A stretch of 64,000 bases of DNA from the NCBI GenBank assembly GCA_963712745.1, contig CAVQJC010000007.1, positions 1 to 64,000 on the forward strand. The letters run 5' to 3'. The translations under genes were made by a program, and so were the position numbers. Below are positions 41,218-51,384 of this stretch, piece by piece (position 1 is the stretch's first letter; each line of letters begins with the position of its first letter). Below the pieces are notes generated by a model. That model was not told where the DNA came from. It was given only the letters and a program-made list of their open reading frames with translations, and made no database searches. The stretch is from an uncultured Chloroflexia bacterium (lineage in GTDB: Bacteria > Chloroflexota > Limnocylindria > Limnocylindrales > CSP1-4).

Positions 41218-43617
41218 TTACGCCGGGCGGAGCGTGATGAGTTGGACCGGCCCGCGTTCGCTGTTGCGGCCGTTGAGGGCCAGGAAGTCCGTGCGCCCGT
41301 CGGCGTCGTAGTCGAGGGCGATGACCTCGTCCTCGCTGCCGCCCTTCACCTCCGGCACTTCCACTGACCCGAACGAGCGTCCGTCGCCGTCATTGAGCAG
41401 GATCCGGTCGCGCGCGCCGTCCTTTGACTTGCCCTGCAGGACGTAGACATCCGCATCGCCGTCGCCATCCGCGTCGCCGGTGGCCAGCGCTCGACCCTCG
41501 GTCACGCTTCGCTCGAAGACGCGCTTGAAGCGCCCGTCGCGTGACAGCGAGACCACGAGCCGCTCCTCCGACAGCTGGATGAGGTCGGGCCGGCCGTCGC
41601 CGTCGAGATCGGTCAGCGCAGCGTCTCGCTCGCCGATGGTCTCGATGCCGGTCGCGTCGGTGACATCGGTGAAGGCCACTCCCTCCTCGTTGCGGTAGAG
41701 CCGCAGACCCGACTTGGGCGAGGTTGCGCGCAGGTCCCAGTAGACCAGCAGGATGTCCTCGCGTCCGTCTCCGTCGTAGTCGGTGATGCCGAGCGACTCG
41801 GTCGCGAGGCCGGTGTCGATGCCGGGGACCGCGGCCGCCTCGAAGGCGGCGGGGCCGGTGCGCAGGTAGGCCTGGTTCAGCGATGGCCGTCCGTCCATGC
41901 GCTTGGTCTCCTGGCCCAGGAAGAGGTCCTCGTCACCGTCCTCGTCGATATCGAGGAAGCGTGCCTCCCGTCCACGACCGAGCGGCTCCGTAGCGCCGCC
42001 GGCGAGCGGATGGAGGCTCGCTTCCGGCCCGCCCGGGTCCAGCCACAGCTGGTTGGCCTTGGTGCCGGTCCCGCGTGAGGCCCCGAACGAGCAGTAGAGG
42101 TCCGCCAGCCCGCTGCCGTCGACGTCCGCAGCCGCGCAGCCGTGACGGTCACCGCCTCCGAACTTGCGCTCGGTGTCGACGAATGTCCCGCCCTGGTTGA
42201 GGAAGAGCCGGGCCCGCGCGCCGTGGCGGCCGAGGAAGATGTCATCGAGACCGTCGCCGTCGAAGTCGGCCGCGACCGAACCCCAGCTCTGGCTGGCCGT
42301 GGGCAAGCCTGCCTTCGCGGCCACGTCCACGGCCCGGAGCTCACCCTTGATGGGGCCGGCCGGGGAAGGGCTCCTGGCGCCTGCGGCGGCGGCCGGGGTC
42401 GTGGTTGTGGAAGCGGCGTCGGCAGCCGGCTCGACCGGTTCGACCGGCTCGAGGGAGCCATCCGGCGCGCCACAGACCCGTCCGACCAGCCCTTGGTCCA
42501 TGCGCCCCACGCTCCAGCCGTTCCTGCCTGGGTCGCCGTCGAGATCGGTGATGGTGCCCATGCCCCAGCTGCGCCGGCCCCGCGAGATGGTCCAGCCCGA
42601 ACCGTCGTCACGGGCGGCGAAAGCGCTGTAGCGACGCCTCTCGGGATCCCAGCTGCTACCGCCCACGCTGAGCACGCCGTCCTCGGCAGAGACGCTGCTG
42701 AGCAGCGTCGGGCCCGCTCCCGGCTCGGGGCCCGGGAACTCAGTCCAGGTTGAGCCATCCCAGTGGAGGAGGAGCGGCTCGATGGTCGGTCCCGCGAGGC
42801 GATGCCCCACGGCCCAGCCGTCGTTCACCGCGGGAACGTCGATGTCGGCCAGCGCAGCCCCGGCCAGCCCCGCGACCTCGTGGCGCACCCACCGGCCATC
42901 CTCGAGGTGGACCAGGTACGGGTGCATGCGGGGATCGTCGAGCGCGGTGCCCGCGGCCCACACGCCAGCGTCGGCAGCGGCCGAGATGGCCGCCAGTGTG
43001 GCGCGTTCGCCCGCCTCGATCGGCGGCCTGGAGCGCTCCCACTCGCCGCCGCTGCGCTCAAGGATCCAGGGCTGTTGTTGGCCGGGTGGGCCCTGGATGA
43101 AGCCGACCGCCCACACGCCTGCCTCCGGGTCGGCGGCCACGTCGGTCAGCGTGGCGCTGTCGCCTCCCGGCCGCATGGTGTTCGTCAGCTTCCAGCCCTT
43201 GTCGTCACGCACGGCGGTGATGGCAGCGACATAGTCGGTCTCGCGCGCGAAGCCGACCGCCCACACCCTGTCGCCGGGGCCGGCGCTGGCGATGCCCATG
43301 AAGCCGGAGTCGCGGGTGTCGGGTTGGGGTGGCAACTCCAGCGTCCACTCGCCGTCGCTACCGTGGAGTGCCACGGCCTGCCGGCGACCGCCGCCCAGCA
43401 TCGAGCCGCCGCCGACCCAGACTTCCTGGGGCGAGAGCACGGCCACGGTCTCAGGAGCGATGTCCTCGCGCCACTCGAGATCGGACCAGCCGGCCTCGCA
43501 GGTCGGTGCCTCCACATCCTGAGCCAGTCCGGCTGCCGGGAGCGCGGTGAGCGCCACCGCCAGGGCCAGCGTCGGCGCCAGCGGGCGGAACGGGCGATGC
43601 GAGGAAGTCGGTCTCAC
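41218..43617 (-). CDS. Secreted beta-propeller / FG-GAP (VCBS) repeat protein
   Basis: Signal peptide; WAVG...HWDGSTW repeats; repeated DFDGDGLDD, DYDGDGRED, DADGDGDAD Ca-binding loops. Confidence 0.85.
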   Translation of the reverse strand: MRPTSSHRPFRPLAPTLALAVALTALPAAGLAQDVEAPTCEAGWSDLEWREDIAPETVAVLSPQEVWVGGGSMLGGGRRQAVALHGSDGEWTLELPPQPDTRDSGFMGIASAGPGDRVWAVGFARETDYVAAITAVRDDKGWKLTNTMRPGGDSATLTDVAADPEAGVWAVGFIQGPPGQQQPWILERSGGEWERSRPPIEAGERATLAAISAAADAGVWAAGTALDDPRMHPYLVHLEDGRWVRHEVAGLAGAALADIDVPAVNDGWAVGHRLAGPTIEPLLLHWDGSTWTEFPGPEPGAGPTLLSSVSAEDGVLSVGGSSWDPERRRYSAFAARDDGSGWTISRGRRSWGMGTITDLDGDPGRNGWSVGRMDQGLVGRVCGAPDGSLEPVEPVEPAADAASTTTTPAAAAGARSPSPAGPIKGELRAVDVAAKAGLPTASQSWGSVAADFDGDGLDDIFLGRHGARARLFLNQGGTFVDTERKFGGGDRHGCAAADVDGSGLADLYCSFGASRGTGTKANQLWLDPGGPEASLHPLAGGATEPLGRGREARFLDIDEDGDEDLFLGQETKRMDGRPSLNQAYLRTGPAAFEAAAVPGIDTGLATESLGITDYDGDGREDILLVYWDLRATSPKSGLRLYRNEEGVAFTDVTDATGIETIGERDAALTDLDGDGRPDLIQLSEERLVVSLSRDGRFKRVFERSVTEGRALATGDADGDGDADVYVLQGKSKDGARDRILLNDGDGRSFGSVEVPEVKGGSEDEVIALDYDADGRTDFLALNGRNSERGPVQLITLRPA

Positions 43618-43655
43618 GATCCGCAGTGTGGCACGGACGGCAGAACGACCTCCGA

Positions 43656-44114
43656 CTAGCGCGCGTGTGCCTCGAGCGGGGCCAGCACGACGTCCCAGCC
43701 GGGATCGTAGCCGGCGCGCAACTCTGCACCCTGCTCGGTGCCGAACTCTTCCCAGTCGCGATGCTCGAGGATCAGGCGCGACCCGCTACCGTCGGCCTCG
43801 ATGCGGGTGTCGATGGTGGAGGCGGCCACGGGTTCGGGCGTGGGGTGCCAGGAGAGCACCACGCGATGCGGCGGGTCCCAGGTCAGCACGTCGGCCCAGT
43901 CGTATTCGGAACCGTCGGCCGCGATCTCGACGACGCGCCCCCCGACATGCCCTTCGAAGCGTATGCCGACCGCGTCCGCGCCTGCCACGGAATGCGACTC
44001 GAGCGGCCACCACGTGGCCATCCCGTGGGTGAACAGCTCGAAGGCCTCGTCGGGTGACAACGGCAGCCAGCGTTCCTTGCGCACCGGTTCGATGGGGGTG
44101 TCGCTACGTCGCAT
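43656..44114 (-). CDS. SRPBCC/AHSA1-like domain protein
   Basis: AFELFTHGMATWWP, WDPPHRVVLSW, LEHRDWE, GWDVVL. Confidence 0.85.
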   Translation of the reverse strand: MRRSDTPIEPVRKERWLPLSPDEAFELFTHGMATWWPLESHSVAGADAVGIRFEGHVGGRVVEIAADGSEYDWADVLTWDPPHRVVLSWHPTPEPVAASTIDTRIEADGSGSRLILEHRDWEEFGTEQGAELRAGYDPGWDVVLAPLEAHAR

Positions 44115-44147
44115 GGCACTCCTCCGCGGGTCGACAGGCGCCCGAGT

Positions 44148-44594
44148 CTACTCCTCGCCGATGTCCTCGTTCCAGATCTCGGGATAGCGCTCGATGAACT
44201 CGGTCATGAGCGCCTTGCACTCGGGCGAATCGAGGTTGATGACCTCAACGCCGCGGGAGCGCAGGTAGTCCTCGCCGCCTATGAACGTCTCGTTCTCGCC
44301 GATGACCACGCGCGGGATGCCGTAGAGCAGGATGGCGCCGGTGCACATGTCGCAGGGGGAGAGCGTGGTGTACATCGTGGCCCGCCTGTAGACCGAGGCG
44401 TGCAACCGGCCGATGTTCTCGAGGCAATCGGTCTCGCCGTGACGGATGACCGAGCCCCCCTGGACGCGGCGGTTGTGGCCGGAGCCCAGGACCTTGCCGT
44501 CGGCCACGAGCGCGGCGCCCACCGGCACGCCGCCTTCGGCGAGGCCGCGGGCGCCCTCGTCGATGGCGATCTTCATGAATGCCTGGTCGTCCAT
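44148..44594 (-). CDS. Zn-dependent nucleoside/cytosine deaminase (fungal Fcy1-like)
   Basis: EGGVPVGA, GHNRRVQ, HGE, TTLSPCDMC. Confidence 0.9.
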   Translation of the reverse strand: MDDQAFMKIAIDEGARGLAEGGVPVGAALVADGKVLGSGHNRRVQGGSVIRHGETDCLENIGRLHASVYRRATMYTTLSPCDMCTGAILLYGIPRVVIGENETFIGGEDYLRSRGVEVINLDSPECKALMTEFIERYPEIWNEDIGEE

Positions 44595-44622
44595 GCTTCC
44601 TCCTCTGGTCTGGTCGTGCGGT

Positions 44623-45573
44623 TCAGGAACGTCGGTATGGCTTGAGGTAGGCGCCCGGGTAGGGCACGTTGCGGCCGGACAGCGCCAGCGCCAGGATGAC
44701 GATGACATAGGGCAGCGCCAGCATGACCTCGTTGGGGATGTCCTCGAAGCCCGGCGTGATGCGCAGGCGCAGGCCCAGCGAGTAGACGGCCGCGAAGATG
44801 AGCGCGCCGAGCACACCGCGGAAGATGCGCCAGCGACCGAAGATGACGAGGGCGATGACCACCCAGCCGCGGCCGGCGATGATGTCGAGCGTGAACGTGC
44901 CCAGCATGGCCAGCGTGATGAAGGCACCGCCGATGGCCATGAAGGCGCCACCGATCATGAGCGCCACGTAGCGCACGCGGAAGACGTTGATGCCGGCCAC
45001 GTCGGCCGCCTCCGGGTTCTCGCCGACGGCCCGGATCGAGAGGCCCAGGGGCGTCTTCATCAGCACCCACCAGGCGATGGGCACGACGAGGAAGAAGGCT
45101 ACGTAGGTCAGCCCGTACTGGTTCGCGACCTTGCCCAGCTCGCCCAGGCCGGCGAAGGGGTCGAGCAGCGGCATCGGTTCGATGCGGTCGAGGGTGTCGC
45201 CGGTGAAGATGAGCCGGTTGGCGAACTCGCTGACGCCGATGAGCACGATGGTCAGGCCCAGGCCGCTGACATGCTGGTTGGCACCGAGCGTGACCGTGAG
45301 CAGGGCCATGAGTCCGCCCGCGATGAGGCCGACGACGATGGCGCCCAGGACGCCGATCCAGGGCGCCGCCATGCCGGCACCTGCGTCGGCCGCGTAGAAG
45401 GCGGTGGCGAAGCCGAAGAAGGCGCCCGCGTACATCGTGCCTTCGATGCCAAGGTTGAGGACGCCGGCGCGCTCGGAGTAGGTCTCGCCGACCGTGCCAT
45501 AGACGAGTGGCGTGGCGTTGCGGAAGGTGCCACGTATGATGTCGGCCCAGAAGATGGGATCGAAGAAGATCAT
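44623..45573 (-). CDS. Nucleoside ABC transporter permease
   Basis: ERAGVLNLGIEG, RAVGENPEAA, AGRGWVVIALV. Confidence 0.9.
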   Translation of the reverse strand: MIFFDPIFWADIIRGTFRNATPLVYGTVGETYSERAGVLNLGIEGTMYAGAFFGFATAFYAADAGAGMAAPWIGVLGAIVVGLIAGGLMALLTVTLGANQHVSGLGLTIVLIGVSEFANRLIFTGDTLDRIEPMPLLDPFAGLGELGKVANQYGLTYVAFFLVVPIAWWVLMKTPLGLSIRAVGENPEAADVAGINVFRVRYVALMIGGAFMAIGGAFITLAMLGTFTLDIIAGRGWVVIALVIFGRWRIFRGVLGALIFAAVYSLGLRLRITPGFEDIPNEVMLALPYVIVILALALSGRNVPYPGAYLKPYRRS

Positions 45574-46718
45574 CGGGGCGGTGGCTCCGCTGGGGCCCGG
45601 CCCTCGGGCTCATCGGGCGGGGGCTCGCCTTCATCGGCGGGGCGTTCGTCCTCTCGCGTCGTGCGCCAGCGATAGACCGCCACCGCGCCGATGGTCACCA
45701 GCAGCAGCACGCCCTGGACGACATCGCCCAGCTGGCTCGGGATCTGCAGGGTGCGGACCGCGGAGGTCGCGCCCACGCTGATATCACTCAACAGCAGCGC
45801 CGCCAGCAGCACACCCGGCATGACCAGGCCACCCAGCATGGCCACCACGATGCCGGTGTAGCCGAAGCCGGGCGAGAGGCCCTCTGTCAAGCGGAACTGG
45901 ATGCCTGCCACCTCGCTGACGCCCGCGATGCCTGCGACCGCACCGCTCACGAGCGCCACCCGCAGCAGCGTGCGCTCCACCTTGATGCCGGCGAACCGCG
46001 CAGCGTGCGGTGACAGGCCGACCGCGCGAACGCGCAAGCCGGTACTGGTCCGGCTGAATACCCACCAGGCCAGGATGATGATGACCACGGCCACGACGAA
46101 GCCGAGGTGCAGCCGCGAACGGTCGATGAACGGCAGCACCTCTGAGAGCTTGGGGAACTCGGCTGCTTCGGCGATACGAGGTGACTCGGGGGAGCCGGTC
46201 TCTGGATCCTTCCAGGGACCCTGGAGTAGCGCCTGGACGACGAGCAACGCGACCGGGTTGAGCAACAGCGTGGTCACCACCTCGTCGATGCCCATGCGCA
46301 CTCGCAGCAGCGCCGGTACCAGCGCCCAGGCGGCGCCCGCCAGCGCGCCTCCGGCGATCATCAGCGGCAGCACGAGGACCGATGGCCAGCCATGGACCAG
46401 CTGGCCGATGCCGGCGGCGGCGACGGCGCCCATGAGCAGCTGTCCCTCCACGCCGATGTTCCAGTATCCGGCCCGGAACGCGATGGCGACCGCAGTGCCC
46501 GCGAAGAGCAGCGGGGTGGACCTGGTGAGCACCTCCAGCAATGTGAACTCGCGGGTCAGCGGCTGCACGAAGTATGCGTAGGCGGCGTCGAGCGGGTTCG
46601 CGCCGGCGATGACGACGGCCGAGCCCGTCACCGCCAGGATGGTGACGATGCCGCCGACGATGATGGCGCCGAGACGACCGCTGCGCGTCTCGAGCGCCCG
46701 GCGCGCGCCGACGGTCAC
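45570..46718 (-). CDS. Nucleoside ABC transporter permease
   Basis: [27 protein letters not shown]. Confidence 0.9.
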   Translation of the reverse strand: MTVGARRALETRSGRLGAIIVGGIVTILAVTGSAVVIAGANPLDAAYAYFVQPLTREFTLLEVLTRSTPLLFAGTAVAIAFRAGYWNIGVEGQLLMGAVAAAGIGQLVHGWPSVLVLPLMIAGGALAGAAWALVPALLRVRMGIDEVVTTLLLNPVALLVVQALLQGPWKDPETGSPESPRIAEAAEFPKLSEVLPFIDRSRLHLGFVVAVVIIILAWWVFSRTSTGLRVRAVGLSPHAARFAGIKVERTLLRVALVSGAVAGIAGVSEVAGIQFRLTEGLSPGFGYTGIVVAMLGGLVMPGVLLAALLLSDISVGATSAVRTLQIPSQLGDVVQGVLLLVTIGAVAVYRWRTTREDERPADEGEPPPDEPEGRAPAEPPPR

Positions 46719-48235
46719 GCGGCCTTCCGTCCCCGGCCTGCCATGAGCATGCCCAGCTGCTCGGCGTCAGCGGACGGCGCGTCCATCTGGCCCACGATCC
46801 GGCCCTCGTACAGCACCACCAGCCGGTCCGACAGCGAGATGAGTTCGTCGAGGTCCTCGGACATGAGCAGGATGGCGGCACCGTCGCGGCGCTGGGCGAG
46901 CAGCTCGCCGCGGACGTACTCGCTGGCACCCACATCCAGCCCCCGGGTGGGCTGCGAGACGATGACCACGCGCGGATCGCGCGAGAGGACACGTGCGAGC
47001 AGCACCTTCTGGATATTGCCGCCCGAAAGCGTGGCTACCCGGTCTCCCGGCCTGGCCTTGATGTCGAAGCGCTCGATGAGTTCCCGGGCATGTGCGTCGA
47101 CGCGCACGCGATCGAGCCCGCCGCGGCCAGCGAAGTCGTCGATGCGCTCCAAGATGAGATTGAGCGAGACCGGCAGGTCGAGCACGAGGCTCGCGTGGCG
47201 GTCCTCGGGGACGCGCCCCACTCCAGCGGCCATGACCTCCTGAGGGTCGACGCCCGTGATCGCAATGCCGTCGACGGTGGCGCTGCCGGCGCTGACCGGC
47301 CGCATGCCGCTGAGCGCCTCGGCCAGCTCTGTCTGGCCGTTGCCCGATACCCCGGCCACACCCACGATCTCGCCGGCATGGACCTCCAGGTCGATATCGG
47401 AGAGGGCCGGCAGCCCGTGTGCGCCGGGGGCGCTGAGGCCGCAGATCTGCAGCCGAGCCTCACCACCGCGCTGCGGTGCGTCCTGTCGGCCGACACCGAA
47501 GGTAGGTCTGCCGACCATCATGCGCGCCAGCTCTCGCTCGTCGGTGTCGCCCGGAGCGGTGCCAACCATGCGTCCCTGGCGCATGACCGACACGCGCTGG
47601 CTGATGGCCCGCACCTCGCCCAGCTTGTGGCTGATGAACACGACCGAGAGGCCCTCGTCGACGAGGCGACGAAGCGTCTCGAAGAGCGCATCGACCTCCT
47701 GGGGGACCAGCACCGCGGTGGGCTCGTCGAGGATGAGCAGGCGACAGTCCCGTGCGAGCGCTTTGACGATCTCGACCCGCTGCTGCTCGCCGACGCTGAG
47801 CTCGCTCACGACGGCGTCGGGGCTGATAGCGATCCCGAAGCGGCCGGCGGCAGCCTCCACCGAGGTCCTGGCCGAGGCCAGGTCGAGTCGGGCACCCGTG
47901 GCCCGGCCGAGGATGACGTTCTCGGTCACGGTCATCGGCTGCACCAGGCTGAAGTGCTGGGTGACCATCCCGACTCCGGCGTCGATGGCATCGCTCGGGG
48001 CCCTGAGGTCGACCGGGCGTCCGTCGACACGGATGCCGCCTGCGTCAGGGCGGGTGAGTCCGTAGAGGACCCGCATCAGCGTCGTCTTGCCGGCGCCGTT
48101 CTCGCCGAGCAGGGCGTGGACCTCGCCGCGCTCGATGGTGAGATCCACTGCGTCATTGGCGACCAGGTCGCCGAAGCGCTTGGTGATGCCGGAAAGCTCG
48201 GCGGCCAGGTGGCCCTGGCCGCCGCTGTCGGTCAT
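46715..48235 (-). CDS. Nucleoside ABC transporter ATP-binding protein (two NBDs)
   Basis: [37 protein letters not shown]. Confidence 0.93.
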   Translation of the reverse strand: MTDSGGQGHLAAELSGITKRFGDLVANDAVDLTIERGEVHALLGENGAGKTTLMRVLYGLTRPDAGGIRVDGRPVDLRAPSDAIDAGVGMVTQHFSLVQPMTVTENVILGRATGARLDLASARTSVEAAAGRFGIAISPDAVVSELSVGEQQRVEIVKALARDCRLLILDEPTAVLVPQEVDALFETLRRLVDEGLSVVFISHKLGEVRAISQRVSVMRQGRMVGTAPGDTDERELARMMVGRPTFGVGRQDAPQRGGEARLQICGLSAPGAHGLPALSDIDLEVHAGEIVGVAGVSGNGQTELAEALSGMRPVSAGSATVDGIAITGVDPQEVMAAGVGRVPEDRHASLVLDLPVSLNLILERIDDFAGRGGLDRVRVDAHARELIERFDIKARPGDRVATLSGGNIQKVLLARVLSRDPRVVIVSQPTRGLDVGASEYVRGELLAQRRDGAAILLMSEDLDELISLSDRLVVLYEGRIVGQMDAPSADAEQLGMLMAGRGRKAA

Positions 48236-48262
48236 CGGATGATGTCGGGGACTAGCCGAGGG

Positions 48263-49288
48263 TCACTCCGAGCCCGCGGGAACGGCCTCGTTGATGGAGA
48301 CGCGGAAGAGACCCGACTTGATGTCGGCCTCGCGTGCAACGACCTGGTCGACCAACTCGGCCGGAACCTCCTTGACGAGGTCGGTGTTGATGGGTGCCAG
48401 CGCTGCACCACCCTTGCCGACCATGCTGAAGTCCTTGAGGTCCTGGGCCACGTACGCCCCGCCCGAGACCTGCTCTAGGACGTGCTCGACCGTCGGCGTC
48501 ATGTTCCAGGTGACGCTCGAGACCACGTTGTCCAGGGCGCTGTGATCTTCTGGCAGCTGAGCCCGCTGGTCGCTCATGTTGCCGACGGCGATGATGTCGT
48601 TCTCATCGGCAGCCGCGATGACACCCGCGCGCTCGGCGTACAGCACATCTGCGCCGGCATCGATCTGGGCCAGTGCTGCTTCCTTGGCGGCGGCCGGATC
48701 GTACCAGCTGTTGATGAAGCTGACCTTGGCCTCGACCTCGGGGTTCACATCCTTGGCACCTGCGATGAACGCGTTCGTGATGCGGTTGACCTCCGGGATG
48801 GCGATGCCACCCACGACCCCGACGATATTCGACTCGGTCAGGCCGCCGGCGAGCATGCCGGCGAGGTAGGCAGGCTCGTGGATCCAGTTGTCGAAGACGC
48901 TGAGGTTGGGCTCGGAAGGCCCGCCCTCGGAGCCGAAGACGAAGGCGATGTTCGGGTACGCAGCCGCCACGTTGCGGACTGCCTCCTCGTTGAGGAATGC
49001 GTCGCCGAAGATGATGTCCGGCTGTTCCAGCTCGGCGATCTCAGTGAGCTGGAACTCCATGCTGCCGTCGTAGCCGATGGCGTCGACGAAGTCGTAGGAG
49101 ATGTGGCCGGCATCCTCCTGGGCCTGGAGCGCGGTGTGGATGACACCGTCCCACGGCTCCTCGATCTCCGTTGCGTATGCGCCGAAGACCTTGAGGGGTT
49201 CATCCTGGGCTACGACTGCGGCTGAGCTCGCGGTCACGGTGAGAGCAAGCAGCGCAGTGGCTGCGAGCATGGGGCGACGCCTGATCAT
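48263..49288 (-). CDS. BMP/PnrA-family nucleoside-binding protein
   Basis: HEPAYLAGMLAG, IPEVNR, SWYDPAAAKEAALAQIDAGADV; GGAGG RBS. Confidence 0.9.
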   Translation of the reverse strand: MIRRRPMLAATALLALTVTASSAAVVAQDEPLKVFGAYATEIEEPWDGVIHTALQAQEDAGHISYDFVDAIGYDGSMEFQLTEIAELEQPDIIFGDAFLNEEAVRNVAAAYPNIAFVFGSEGGPSEPNLSVFDNWIHEPAYLAGMLAGGLTESNIVGVVGGIAIPEVNRITNAFIAGAKDVNPEVEAKVSFINSWYDPAAAKEAALAQIDAGADVLYAERAGVIAAADENDIIAVGNMSDQRAQLPEDHSALDNVVSSVTWNMTPTVEHVLEQVSGGAYVAQDLKDFSMVGKGGAALAPINTDLVKEVPAELVDQVVAREADIKSGLFRVSINEAVPAGSE

Positions 49289-49515
49289 CGATAGAACCTC
49301 CCTGGTGCCGGTGACAGGCGCACCCGGGCGGGCGACGTCCCGGCCTCTCTCGCTCGCGGAATGGTACACGGGCCCGGGCTGGCGTGGTCAAGTGTCCGCG
49401 GGGTTGCGATGTGGGCACGAAAGCCGCGGACCGCGACGAGCCGCCCGAGCGACCGTCCGGGTGCGCTGCCCGGACGCTGGGATCTGGGGAGTCGAGGCCT
49501 GCTGCGGCGAGGCCG

Positions 49516-51384
49516 CTACGTGGAGACGAAGCCGCTGGTGTCGACTTCGCCACCGGGTCCCTTGCCCTTGAACTGGCTCATGAAGAGGTTGTAGTAGAGC
49601 CCCTCTTCGGCCATCAGCTCGTCGTGGGACGCCAGCTCCACGATGACCCCGCCATTGACGACCATGATGCGGTTCGAGTCACGGATAGTGGCCAGGCGGT
49701 GGGCGATGGAGAAGCTGGTCTTGCCCTCCATCAGCTTGCGCAGGCCGTCCTGGATGAGCTTCTCGGTGCGGGTGTCGACGTTGGAGGTGGCCTCGTCGAG
49801 GATCATGATCTTGGGGTCGGCCACCATGGCCCGCGCGATGGTGATCATCTGCCGCTGACCCTGGCTGAGGTTGGCGCCGCGCTCGGTGAGCATGGTCTGG
49901 TAGCCCTGTGGCAGGTTCTCGATGAACTCGTGCGCGTTAGCCTGTTTGGCCGCCTCGATGCACTCCTCGTCGGTGGCACCTTCACGGGCGTACCTGAGAT
50001 TGTTCATGACCGTGTCGCTGAAGAGGAAGGCCTCCTGCAGCACCACGCCCACCTGCTGACGCAGCGACTGCTGGGTCAGCTTGCTGATGTCCTGGCCGTC
50101 GATGAGGATCCTGCCGCTGTCGATGTCGTAGTAGCGGGTCAGGATGTTGATGATCGTCGACTTGCCGGCACCGGTCGGGCCACAGATGCCGATCTTCTCG
50201 CCGGGTGCTGCCTCGAACGTGTTGTGCCGCAGGATCTTGCGGCCGGGCACGTAGCTGAAGTCGACATCCTCGAAGGTGATCTCTCCACCCTTGAACTCGT
50301 AGTCGGTGGCGTCCGGAGCATCGACCACGGTGGGCTCCTCGTCCATGATGGCGAAGACGCGCCGGCCGCCGGCGACGGCGTTGAGCGTGGTGGCCATGAG
50401 GTTGGCGATGTCTGAGAGCGGGCTCGCCAGCAGGTATACGAAGCCCATGAAGGTGATGACCGTACCCAGCTGGACGTCGCCATCGAAGACCATGAGCGAG
50501 CCCACCATGAGCACGATGGTGACCTGCAGGATGGTCAGCGTCTGGGTCAGCGGGAACTGCAGCACCGAGGTGAAGAAGGCGTGCGTCGCCGTCTCGTAGA
50601 CCGACTCGGCCTGGTCGTCCTGCTGCTCCGCGGCCCACATCTGGCGACGACTGGCGATGACCACCTTGTGGCCGGAGATGGTTTCCTCCTGGAAGCCGGA
50701 GAGCTCGCCCATCTCTTCGCCCATCTTGCGGAAGGCTGGCGTCGAGATGCGCTGCACGATGCCCGTGAGCACCAGCATGGTAGGGATGATGATCACGCCC
50801 ACCAGCGCCAAGCGCCAGTCGATGAGGAACATCACGATGACGATGATGACGATACGGAAGAAGGACCGGATGAGTTGCGATACGGCCTGCTCGTAGAAGA
50901 GCGCCACGAACTCGGTGTCGTTGGTGATGCGGCTCATGAGCTGGCCCAGCGGCTGCCGGTCGAAGAAGCTCAGGCTCAGCGTCTGCATATGGTCGAAGAG
51001 CGCCGTCTGGAGGCGGGAGAGACCGAGCGTGGCCAGGTCGGCGAACTGCCGTTCCGCGTACCAGGCGGTCAGCAGGAAGACGACGCCCGCGATCATCGCC
51101 GCGCCGACGAGCATCAGCAGGTCCGCCTGGCTGGCGCTGCCGTCCCCGAGGATGTTGAGGGCCAGGCCGGTGAAGACCGGCACGAGGATGAGCGAGATGT
51201 CGCCGACCAGGCGCACCACGAGGGCGATGATGAAGCGTCGTCGGTCCGCCTCGATCATGTAGTCGATCAGCCGCCTCGCCACGTCGCCGGTGTCGCTGGG
51301 CTTCTCGGGCGTCTGGGCCGGCAGCTTGCGCTGCTGCAGCTTCTCACGCAGGCTCGCGGGGAAGGCCCGTTCGCTCACCGTCAT
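49516..51384 (-). CDS. Heterodimeric ABC exporter subunit (TM288-like)
   Basis: TMD plus NBD: GPTGAGKST, LSQGQRQ, ILDEATS, IAHR. Confidence 0.93.
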   Translation of the reverse strand: MTVSERAFPASLREKLQQRKLPAQTPEKPSDTGDVARRLIDYMIEADRRRFIIALVVRLVGDISLILVPVFTGLALNILGDGSASQADLLMLVGAAMIAGVVFLLTAWYAERQFADLATLGLSRLQTALFDHMQTLSLSFFDRQPLGQLMSRITNDTEFVALFYEQAVSQLIRSFFRIVIIVIVMFLIDWRLALVGVIIIPTMLVLTGIVQRISTPAFRKMGEEMGELSGFQEETISGHKVVIASRRQMWAAEQQDDQAESVYETATHAFFTSVLQFPLTQTLTILQVTIVLMVGSLMVFDGDVQLGTVITFMGFVYLLASPLSDIANLMATTLNAVAGGRRVFAIMDEEPTVVDAPDATDYEFKGGEITFEDVDFSYVPGRKILRHNTFEAAPGEKIGICGPTGAGKSTIINILTRYYDIDSGRILIDGQDISKLTQQSLRQQVGVVLQEAFLFSDTVMNNLRYAREGATDEECIEAAKQANAHEFIENLPQGYQTMLTERGANLSQGQRQMITIARAMVADPKIMILDEATSNVDTRTEKLIQDGLRKLMEGKTSFSIAHRLATIRDSNRIMVVNGGVIVELASHDELMAEEGLYYNLFMSQFKGKGPGGEVDTSGFVST